Below are positions 35,331 through 42,659 of a stretch of DNA of 43,597 bases, in pieces; within the stretch, counting starts at the first letter, position 1; every line of letters starts with the position of its first letter. Location of the stretch: IMG/VR virus record IMGVR_UViG_3300037423_001234, positions 1 to 43,597 of that record; one strand, given 5' to 3'. The notes below the pieces were generated by a model. It ran no database searches, was not told the origin of the DNA, and saw only the letters and a list, made by a program, of their open reading frames with translations. Source of the DNA: a virus. Lineage: Duplodnaviria > Caudoviricetes. The translations under genes and the position numbers were made by a program.

Positions 35331-36056
35331 TCAGTATTTAGAATTGAACTCGTACTTGTTTCTTAAAGTCTCCTGCATCATTGATCTGTACTTCTCTGCG
35401 GGTAGATCGTTAGCTATTTGATAGAGGCCTTTCTGTTTTGCTTCAAAAGAATCCACCGCGTGAAACTGTCTCCAAGTCAACCAATTCATTATCTTTAACA
35501 CTACACCGCTGATAGCTATACCTCCAAGGACAAAGGATGAAGGAACGACTTGCCAGAACTCCTGATTGTTAGTCACTGAGATCAGCCAGACTATTTTAGC
35601 CAGCACATATCCAGCAGGGATAGCTATTAAGTAGGCTCGTTTACTTCCCTGTGGAAACAATAGGAAAGCACCAAGCAAACAGAACAATTCAAAAAGGTGA
35701 GGGCCGAGAAGAAAAAGGAGATGGAAGTAATTCAAATGATACCAGCTACTATCAACCTCACCACGATCAAATAACAGGTAGGCACAAGCCGCAAGCGGTG
35801 CAATCACTCCCATCAACCCTAACCCTACATAAATTCTAGCGTTTGCTGTTGAGGTCATTACTAGCGCAAGAAGGCCAGCATGCAGATCCCTGAGTACACG
35901 GACAATCATTGAGCGGAGTAACTTCATCTTCCTGACAGCCCAAGAAGATAGACCATGCACCGATAGCCAAGACGGCGCCGATGATAAATTTGTAAATGTG
36001 TTTTCGCATAGTGGTTGATTATTGTCAGTTAAAAAAATCTTGTCTAGGGGTTTCAT
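35331..36056 (-). CDS. Multi-pass membrane protein
   Basis: About four hydrophobic helices; start uncertain. Confidence 0.65.
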   Translation of the reverse strand: MKPLDKIFLTDNNQPLCENTFTNLSSAPSWLSVHGLSSWAVRKMKLLRSMIVRVLRDLHAGLLALVMTSTANARIYVGLGLMGVIAPLAACAYLLFDRGEVDSSWYHLNYFHLLFLLGPHLFELFCLLGAFLLFPQGSKRAYLIAIPAGYVLAKIVWLISVTNNQEFWQVVPSSFVLGGIAISGVVLKIMNWLTWRQFHAVDSFEAKQKGLYQIANDLPAEKYRSMMQETLRNKYEFNSKY

Positions 36057-36105
36057 GGGCTTTGAAATTTTTGGTTTTAGAGAACTTTGAACAACATAAG
36101 TGGGG

Positions 36106-36417
36106 TCAGTATTGGAGGTTTTTTCTGTACATAAAACCGATTCTTTGGCCGCGAAATGATCCAGCTATCCACAGTGGTACAATCTGCTTAACCACTAAAT
36201 CAGCTTCGGACAGTTGATCAAAAATTGAGTACATATCATACTCTTTATTATTAGGGTAAATCCACACACCTTCAGTATTGAAATAGAAGAGCAAGCCTAA
36301 ATAGTGTTCAACATCATGATTCGGAAGCCTCTTAACGAAGGCTTGGCACAACGCACACTCGCTATCTTCCTTTGTTATGAAAGGAATTGGATTTTCGTTT
36401 CTTATCTTGTTTTTCAT
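36106..36417 (-). CDS. Hypothetical protein
   Basis: A-rich start after the hairpin. Confidence 0.55.
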   Translation of the reverse strand: MKNKIRNENPIPFITKEDSECALCQAFVKRLPNHDVEHYLGLLFYFNTEGVWIYPNNKEYDMYSIFDQLSEADLVVKQIVPLWIAGSFRGQRIGFMYRKNLQY

Positions 36418-36438
36418 TTTCAGTCAAGTTTTCTTTTC

Positions 36439-36489
36439 AGCGATTCCCGGAGCAAGTGCTTTCAACTACTCGCCCCGGTACTGATCGCT
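36439..36489 (-). ncRNA. Long RNA hairpin with GAAA-containing loop in the early transcript
   Basis: AGCGAU..CCGGGGCGAGU-(GU-UGAAA-GC)-ACUUGCUCCGG..AUCGCU; the G-U pairs favour the - strand. Confidence 0.55.
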
Positions 36490-36491
36490 TT

Positions 36492-36758
36492 TTATTTTTC
36501 AGATTCCTCCCTCTTGAAGAAATCATTATTGTAAAAGAAGGATTGATTGAGGCGGTGGAGCGTCAGGTCTGTAGCAAATGAGATTGTATCTACATCGCTT
36601 GATGCTGCTGTGATCTTGATCTTATCACCTGATTTCAAGCAGCCACCCAGTATACCGCCACCGTTACGATAATTTTTTTTAATGTTGAATCTTTCAATTC
36701 CTGGCTGTGCAACGAATGTGTTGCCAACCATTCTGATTTGTTGAAGTGTAGTTTTCAT
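36492..36758 (-). CDS. Hypothetical protein
   Basis: Third gene of the early operon. Confidence 0.6.
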   Translation of the reverse strand: MKTTLQQIRMVGNTFVAQPGIERFNIKKNYRNGGGILGGCLKSGDKIKITAASSDVDTISFATDLTLHRLNQSFFYNNDFFKREESEK

Positions 36759-36787
36759 ATAGCGATCAGTTTAAAAGTGTTTTGTTT

Positions 36788-37039
36788 TCACGAATTCTTA
36801 ATAGCAGTAATTATCTCAGAGCGTAAGAAGAGTTTAGAAGATCCCAGGTAGTGGGCTTTGATATGGCCCTGTCTTGCTAACCGGTCAACATTCCACACGC
36901 TCATTCCTAAGAACTCGGCAGTCTCTTCCCGGTCCATTACTTCTTTTCCCTGGACAAATAGCTTTAGCTCTCTTACTAAGTTCTCTAGTTCAGTAGGAGT
37001 GTACTTCCCATCGGGTGTTATTTGTACTTGAAGTCCCAT
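36788..37039 (-). CDS. xis: Excisionase-like HTH_17 protein
   Basis: M..EETAEFLG.S...V..L...G.I......G...LF.RSEI. Confidence 0.75.
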   Translation of the reverse strand: MGLQVQITPDGKYTPTELENLVRELKLFVQGKEVMDREETAEFLGMSVWNVDRLARQGHIKAHYLGSSKLFLRSEIITAIKNS

Positions 37040-37248
37040 TAGGATATTCCGAGTTTGCGTTCACGTTTTGCTAAACCTTCCTCAAGGATCTCGTTGATTA
37101 AGCCGATGTCTGACAGATCACGGTTCTCAGCGGAAATCAACTTCCGTCTAACTTTCTTAACCCTTTCAGCCGTTTCCTTGTAAATCCTTACAGAGGCCGA
37201 ATCCCTGTTTTTTGCGTTATCTGTGGTCATTGTATATCTTGTGGTCAT
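37039..37248 (-). CDS. Small DNA-binding protein in the Cro position (ribbon-helix-helix-like)
   Basis: SASVRIY strand followed by two helices (LINEILEEGL); divergent from the repressor; two possible MTT starts. Confidence 0.6.
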   Translation of the reverse strand: MTTRYTMTTDNAKNRDSASVRIYKETAERVKKVRRKLISAENRDLSDIGLINEILEEGLAKRERKLGIS

Positions 37249-37262
37249 TGACTACATCAAAG

Positions 37263-37295
37263 GAAACTAAAGTTTCATTACGAAACAATAGTTTC
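37263..37295. promoter_or_regulatory. Tandem operators GAAAC-N4-GTTTC of the lysis/lysogeny switch
   Basis: GAAACTAAAGTTTC 37263-37276 and GAAACAATAGTTTC 37282-37295; third copy at 37515-37528. Confidence 0.75.
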
Positions 37296-37310
37296 TGTGA
37301 AATATTTTTT

Positions 37311-37838
37311 ATGAGCTTGATTAACAAGGCAATTGACGAACTGATCAAGGCCAGGAATGTCACAAATGAGATTGTTGCGGCAGAACTGTCAGATAAGTCA
37401 GAAAAGCCAATTTCACCGCAACGGATAGGTCAGTACCGCAACAACAAGAAGAAACCAGGTAGTGATTTTGTTTTATTATGGAAGTCTGTATACGGTCAGG
37501 ATTTAACGAATTACGAAACTAAAGTTTCACGTGGAGCAGAAAATCATACACCGGCAATAAAACCAGCACAGAAAATGGATAAAGACGACAGGGTAGGGGT
37601 TTACCAGACGATCGTAGAAGGGCATACTGAATACGTCCTCATACCGAGAACTGTATTACAGGAAACCCAACTAGTATCGACTGAGCAGATAAATAAAACA
37701 TGGGAAGAATTAGCTGAAAAGAACCGTGAACTTGAACGCAAAAACAATCAGATAGACTTCTATCAAAAGCAATTTGCGAAATTGATGGATAACTTGGAGT
37801 TAGCCCCCAAGCCTTCGAAACCTAAAGAAGTTCAATAG
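37311..37838 (+). CDS. CI-like repressor (XRE HTH plus coiled coil, no S24 peptidase)
   Basis: VAAELS......ISPQRIGQYRN.KKKPG HTH; divergent from the early operon; start re-called at MSLINK. Confidence 0.75.
   Translation: MSLINKAIDELIKARNVTNEIVAAELSDKSEKPISPQRIGQYRNNKKKPGSDFVLLWKSVYGQDLTNYETKVSRGAENHTPAIKPAQKMDKDDRVGVYQTIVEGHTEYVLIPRTVLQETQLVSTEQINKTWEELAEKNRELERKNNQIDFYQKQFAKLMDNLELAPKPSKPKEVQ
37515..37538. promoter_or_regulatory. Intragenic operator overlapping a parS-like palindrome
   Basis: GAAACTAAAGTTTC overlaps AGTTTCACGTGGAGCA (37523-37538). Confidence 0.5.
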
Positions 37839-38341
37839 AAACATGAGATCCCTAACGCGCTCTTTGCCGTTATCGGTTGGATTGATAATGCTTTGAAGTT
37901 CTGCGACCTCGACGGCTTGCTCCAAGTCAGGGATGACGTTATCAGGGTTAACTAGTCCTAGCGCAGCGATTGTGTCAGAGGGTGTTTTTTGATTGCTATA
38001 CATGACGGGGTGTGGTTGTGGTGGTAGAATTTGTTACATAATGGTTTCCTATTTGGTTAACGAATAAAGTGATTACCCGTGAAAAATAAGCAACGAAAGA
38101 TGTTGACCATGATAGCGTGTATGTTTCCAATGAAGAAACAACGGAACGGCTACCGTAAAATAGTAGAAAACTACCATTGATAAATTGATGAAGTATTAGC
38201 ATATAAAGTTTTTGGTTACTATGTGTACGCCCACATTCAACCTCACCTCATTGCCATCAGGAGGAAAATATTTTACCGTGGTTTGGTAGATCGAAGTAAT
38301 AAATTTGGATTGACAATTGCTGACAACTAAATAAAAAAGAC

Positions 38342-38776
38342 ATGAAAACTCAAGATTTTAAAAACAGACTCAAATTAGGATTGATTGTAATCGCGATCCT
38401 TTCACTGATTCAACTCTTTTCCTGCTCAGAAGAAGATCTAACAGGTGACACTTCAGGTCAATGGAATGTAGTCGAGCCACCAGAAACCGCATCCAGGTAT
38501 AACCCTAACAAATCAACTTTGCTTGCCTTTGATCTACTTTTTACAATTGGACCTGATAAGCAAATTAGAAATTACGATTTGGTGATGTACGACAAAGGTG
38601 TTCAATCAACCATGACAGGCAACGGTAATAACTACACGGTCGAAGCAGATGGGTTTATTTTACACATCAATGACTGCAGGCGGGTATTTAATGAGATTGT
38701 AGCGGACATCGATTACACACTACCTAATGGCGCATCGTATTCATGGAAGGGCATAAGTATAGCTAAAATACAATAA
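38342..38776 (+). CDS. Lipoprotein moron (possible superinfection exclusion)
   Basis: Signal peptide ending LFSC followed by acidic SEED (Bacteroidota surface-export-like). Confidence 0.7.
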   Translation: MKTQDFKNRLKLGLIVIAILSLIQLFSCSEEDLTGDTSGQWNVVEPPETASRYNPNKSTLLAFDLLFTIGPDKQIRNYDLVMYDKGVQSTMTGNGNNYTVEADGFILHINDCRRVFNEIVADIDYTLPNGASYSWKGISIAKIQ

Positions 38777-38845
38777 GTATATTTTCCCGGTAAATTTCCG
38801 TGCAACACATTAAAAACCTTATATTTACATAAATAGAAGCGATAA

Positions 38846-38867
38846 TTCGAGTCCCTGCCGGATCACA
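38846..38867 (+). other. attP core: 3' end of a tRNA (T-loop, T-stem, acceptor strand)
   Basis: TTCGAGT-CCCTG-CCGGATC-A-CA about 140 nt upstream of the integrase; TTTCCGTGCA arm-like repeats at 38795 and 38965. Confidence 0.8.
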
Positions 38868-38878
38868 AGGAAAGTAAG

Positions 38879-38934
38879 AACTAACCGGATATACCCAGAA
38901 ATGCACTGCATGCGGGTCACTCCGGGTAGTTTTT
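38879..38934 (+). terminator. Hairpin plus T-tract downstream of the attP tRNA fragment
   Basis: AACTAACCGGA...TCCGGGTAGTT inverted repeat followed by Ts. Confidence 0.55.
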
Positions 38935-39004
38935 GCCAAGCAAGCAGAAAGACGTTCAGTATCTTTTCCGTGCAGCGGCGTGAATGTAGCTTCGCATTAT
39001 ACCT

Positions 39005-40357
39005 ATGGCTGCTACAGTCTCATTCAGATTAAACCGCCCACGCGAAAAGGATGGCTCATTAAAAACGAAGCCTGTCTCAATTCTCATCTGTTACTATCGT
39101 TCCGGTCTGACGGTCGAGCGCGCCAGCGGGCACCGGGTAGTTCCGTCATTGTTTACCGGGTCCCGTGTCGATAAATCCGTTCCTCGCTCGAGCAAGATCA
39201 ATAAGGATCTATCTGATAAAGAGAATCAGCTACTCAATCTCCCATTTGAAAAACTAACCCGAAAAGAGGAGGAGCAAAAGGCAATCTCCATCATAAAGGG
39301 GATTGTAGAAGATCAGACAGAACAAACTACCATAGAAAAAAAAACATTAGTCGTCAGTATTGTCCAGCAGTTCATTGCCCAATACGAACGGGAAAAGGAA
39401 GCGGGAACGGTAAAGAGATACCGCGGATTGCTGAAGAAATTACTTGCCTTCAACCCGAATCTGACCTTAGAGGATCTTGACTTAAACTTCTATGACGAAT
39501 TCAAAGCTTTCCTTTACAATCAACCTAACCCGGTTTACACTGGCTTTGATCTTAGGTATGACCGCGATAATAGCGTCTATCTTCTCGTTGCCAGTGATAG
39601 CCCTGCTTGCACTATTGGATTGTTCGATGATGTTGTTTTTAAATACTTCGTCAATCTTAAAACCGTATGCCTCTGGGCTGAGAAGAGAGGTCATGAAGTT
39701 AATCAATCGTATATCTCATGGGAGATCATCAAAAGAGAATACCCACCAATCAGCCTGACCGAAGAAGAATTAATCAGGATTGAATCACTCAATCTCAAAG
39801 GTCATCTAGATATCGCCCGGGATTACCTGGTTCTCGAGTGCCGCACCGGTCAGCGGATCAGCGACTTGAAAAAGATCAAACCAGAAAACATCAAAGGCAA
39901 CATCTGGACTTTAACCCAAAAGAAAGGCAACCGGATAAAAGCCAAGCACATTAATTTTCCTTTGGTTGGGTTCTCATCTTCAGCCTTACTGATCCTTGAA
40001 AAATACAACTATGAACTTCCGAAGCTATCCGAGCAGAAACTCAACGAGCATATTAAATCTGTGTCTAGGCTCGCTGGAATTACAACAGACACTTTTATCG
40101 AACGCTGGGCGGGCTCGAAGAAAGTTCGCATCACCGGTCTCAAGTATGAATTTATATCGACCCACACAGGGAAGAAAACATTCATCACCGTTCTTGCGTC
40201 CAAGGGTATCCCAATTAAAGTGCTTTCTGATCTTACGGGGACATCGATCAAGACTATCGAACGACATTATCTTGGTACCACGAACGTAGAAATAACGAGT
40301 TCATGGCTTGAGAAAGCCGACCCTAACTCTAAATCAATAATGAAGATAACAGCATGA
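39005..40357 (+). CDS. int: Tyrosine integrase (Bacteroidota type)
   Basis: Arm-binding N-terminus, SAM-like domain, TGQRISD, QKK, STHTGKKTF, TIERHY. Confidence 0.9.
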   Translation: MAATVSFRLNRPREKDGSLKTKPVSILICYYRSGLTVERASGHRVVPSLFTGSRVDKSVPRSSKINKDLSDKENQLLNLPFEKLTRKEEEQKAISIIKGIVEDQTEQTTIEKKTLVVSIVQQFIAQYEREKEAGTVKRYRGLLKKLLAFNPNLTLEDLDLNFYDEFKAFLYNQPNPVYTGFDLRYDRDNSVYLLVASDSPACTIGLFDDVVFKYFVNLKTVCLWAEKRGHEVNQSYISWEIIKREYPPISLTEEELIRIESLNLKGHLDIARDYLVLECRTGQRISDLKKIKPENIKGNIWTLTQKKGNRIKAKHINFPLVGFSSSALLILEKYNYELPKLSEQKLNEHIKSVSRLAGITTDTFIERWAGSKKVRITGLKYEFISTHTGKKTFITVLASKGIPIKVLSDLTGTSIKTIERHYLGTTNVEITSSWLEKADPNSKSIMKITA

Positions 40358-40731
40358 GCTACGAAGATTTGCCATCAATACAACAGATTATTGATCACTT
40401 GGAATCGACTAGTGAAGATTCTTGGTGTGTTGACGTTGTAAGAACTAATGAAAACAAGAACTGCTTCTTCGGTCATCTTTTTGCAATGGGCAAGGATGAA
40501 AGACATTCAAATTTCATTTGGAGTTGCTTTGAGGAAGCATGGGCAACCACTTATATGATTTACCCCGTAAATGATGGTGAACATCCGGATTATCAGCAAC
40601 CGACCCCAAAACAACGGGTAATAGAATATCTCAAAAACCTTCGCGATGGCAAGGAAATGACAACCTACCAAAGCATGGAAGCCGGCATGATCGAGTATGA
40701 AAGTAAGCATCTTAATAATCTGAACCCATGA
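40354..40731 (+). CDS. Hypothetical protein
   Basis: ATGA-coupled to the integrase; NCFFGH...VNDG....YQQ.TPKQR motif. Confidence 0.7.
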   Translation: MSYEDLPSIQQIIDHLESTSEDSWCVDVVRTNENKNCFFGHLFAMGKDERHSNFIWSCFEEAWATTYMIYPVNDGEHPDYQQPTPKQRVIEYLKNLRDGKEMTTYQSMEAGMIEYESKHLNNLNP

Positions 40732-40991
40732 CTTTAGAAGAAGATATACTACAGGCGGTCAACAACGCACATTTAGTTCATCCGCGTCTATTGGATGTTG
40801 ACGCTAAAATAATAGCATCGGCAGCCGCTAAAATAGCCCGAGAAAGGATAAAGGAGGCTTGCATTCAGTTTGACAAATATCGTGAGAATGATGCATGGGA
40901 ACATGATTACCGTGCGAAGCGCACTCTTTCAAAAGAAGAACACTTTGAAATATTTGAACGGGAGTACCTCAAAGAAAACGGATTACTATGA
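40728..40991 (+). CDS. Hypothetical protein
   Basis: ATGA-coupled. Confidence 0.65.
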   Translation: MTLEEDILQAVNNAHLVHPRLLDVDAKIIASAAAKIARERIKEACIQFDKYRENDAWEHDYRAKRTLSKEEHFEIFEREYLKENGLL

Positions 40992-41203
40992 GAAATGTAA
41001 CAGACTTTGTAAAAGATGATCAAGCATATTTCAAATGCAAAGAATGTGGAGCGGAGGAAATCATATTGAAGTACGATTTTTCTGCGGGATACAATTTTGC
41101 AACTATTAATATGCAGAAGACATTATCTTGCATCGAGGCTTTTCATACCAAACATGCTTTATGTAAAAAAGCAGTGAGTCAACTTGAAATACAGCCCCTA
41201 TGA
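40988..41203 (+). CDS. Small Zn-binding-like protein
   Basis: CxxC...HxxC; ATGA-coupled. Confidence 0.6.
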   Translation: MRNVTDFVKDDQAYFKCKECGAEEIILKYDFSAGYNFATINMQKTLSCIEAFHTKHALCKKAVSQLEIQPL

Positions 41204-41775
41204 CTATCAGAGAAGAGATACTGAAGGCTTGGATTGATGCAGGGTTTTCCTGTGAAAATGTATTTGATCCGAAGATGGCGGACGTGGCCGAAGCTATTTT
41301 CAATCGCAGATTAAAGGAGATAGCCGAGAAAGATATGAAAGCATCAGAGCTAAGAATCGGGAATCTATATGTAATGCCAGAACTTCAAGAGGATCTGAGC
41401 TACACAGGTAAGGTATTTAAGATTGACTCAATTGCAATTCGAGACGCAGAACGAGATAAAGAATATTGGCCAGGTAAACCAATTCGCTTAACTGATGAAT
41501 GGTTGATAAGGTTCGATTTCGACAATGGGGACAAACTAGGATTCGAAAAATACGAATGGGTAAAACGAATTCCTCATATTATTGATGAACAAGGGCATTC
41601 AGCGACTTTAATCATCGGACTCGGCGAGGATGAAGGCTCATATTTACTGACAAAATGGGACGATCACGAAGATGCGACATGGCTACCAATCATAGTCAAA
41701 TACGTTGACCAACTCCAAAACCTGTATTGGTGTTTATGTGGTGAGGAGCTAACAATAAAAGAAGAACAGAAATGA
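41200..41775 (+). CDS. Hypothetical phage protein (ELRIGN...PI.LT.EWL...QLQNLY family)
   Basis: Motifs common in Bacteroidota phages; N-terminal extension before the internal MKASELRIGN. Confidence 0.7.
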   Translation: MTIREEILKAWIDAGFSCENVFDPKMADVAEAIFNRRLKEIAEKDMKASELRIGNLYVMPELQEDLSYTGKVFKIDSIAIRDAERDKEYWPGKPIRLTDEWLIRFDFDNGDKLGFEKYEWVKRIPHIIDEQGHSATLIIGLGEDEGSYLLTKWDDHEDATWLPIIVKYVDQLQNLYWCLCGEELTIKEEQK

Positions 41776-42038
41776 AGGAAATAGAAGAGTACAAAATTTG
41801 GCTTAATTCACAGAGGGCACTTTTTCAAGCGGTTTGCCAGCTTTCTAAAGATCAAGTTGACTTACTAGAAATGTATTGCTTCAAATATGCAACCACGCGT
41901 TTGGAGCCAAATAACAAAACCGTGAAATTTCTTATGAGCCACTACTATAGTGAAATTGTGTCAGGAAGAAAAAACTATGAATTCATACTTAGGGAGATTC
42001 AAAACGCATTACCTGAGTCAATGAACCCGGAATTGTAG
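41772..42038 (+). CDS. Hypothetical protein
   Basis: ATGA-coupled. Confidence 0.6.
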   Translation: MKEIEEYKIWLNSQRALFQAVCQLSKDQVDLLEMYCFKYATTRLEPNNKTVKFLMSHYYSEIVSGRKNYEFILREIQNALPESMNPEL

Positions 42039-42096
42039 TCTCTAACGGTATAATAAGAACAGAATAAAAGTTTGGTTAATCAATAAATTTCAAAGC

Positions 42097-42375
42097 ATGC
42101 CACGCGGAGGGCCACGGGAAGGATCAGGGAGGAAAAGCAAGGCAGAGGAACTTGGCTTACCTGCACTCATTGAGGAGATTATTGGCGAAGAAGGGAAGCG
42201 CGCAATAATCGAAAAACTGGCTGAAAAAGCCAAGGCAGGATCTTTCCTTCATCAGCAGTTATTAATGGCTTACATGTTCGGAAAGCCGACTGACAAAGTT
42301 GATTTAACAAGCGGAGGACAAGCTTTCAAGGCGTTCACGCTTAATATAAAACCAGACTTAGAAGAAGAAAAATGA
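42097..42375 (+). CDS. terS: Terminase small subunit (putative)
   Basis: GG.R.GSGRK N-terminus, A..G......L..Y..GKP...VD.TS.G; upstream of TerL. Confidence 0.75.
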   Translation: MPRGGPREGSGRKSKAEELGLPALIEEIIGEEGKRAIIEKLAEKAKAGSFLHQQLLMAYMFGKPTDKVDLTSGGQAFKAFTLNIKPDLEEEK

Positions 42376-42659
42376 TAAAAAATGGCCTTTGGTATCCTGA
42401 TGATCTTTATACGGTCCCAACCCTACCGGTGGTAATTGAATCCCCGTCATTTTCTCACAAAGAAGTCGAGCGGGCATTGATCATAAAAGCACTCGAAAAC
42501 CATAGGCATTTAAAAGCAGAATATGTCGCTGAAATAGTATCGATGTCAAAAACTACATTTTACCGCAGATTATCGGAATATAAAATCGGCTTCGCCAAGC
42601 CATATGTAGAAAAAGGGCGTAATAGCAGTGGAAACTTCGAGCCTTACATTATCTCGTGA
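42372..42659 (+). CDS. Fis-type (HTH_8) DNA-binding protein
   Basis: EVERALI.KALE.H......AE...MSKTTFYRRL.EY.I. Confidence 0.8.
   Translation: MIKNGLWYPDDLYTVPTLPVVIESPSFSHKEVERALIIKALENHRHLKAEYVAEIVSMSKTTFYRRLSEYKIGFAKPYVEKGRNSSGNFEPYIIS

Noticed and set aside
37212-37310. ORF-track N-terminal extensions (also 22430, 22337, 28502, 29879, 30764, 33532, 34684)
   Set aside because: They run through operators, hairpins or neighbouring genes; downstream ATGs give coupled overlaps or better start context.
37800-38202. Two - strand ORFs (67 and 68 aa) downstream of the repressor
   Set aside because: No recognisable motifs, one overlaps the repressor end, and alternative short + strand frames are equally plausible; left uncalled.
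38846-38867. Complete tRNA gene
   Set aside because: Only the T-loop and 3' acceptor strand are present; upstream sequence cannot form the D or anticodon arms. Called as attP.
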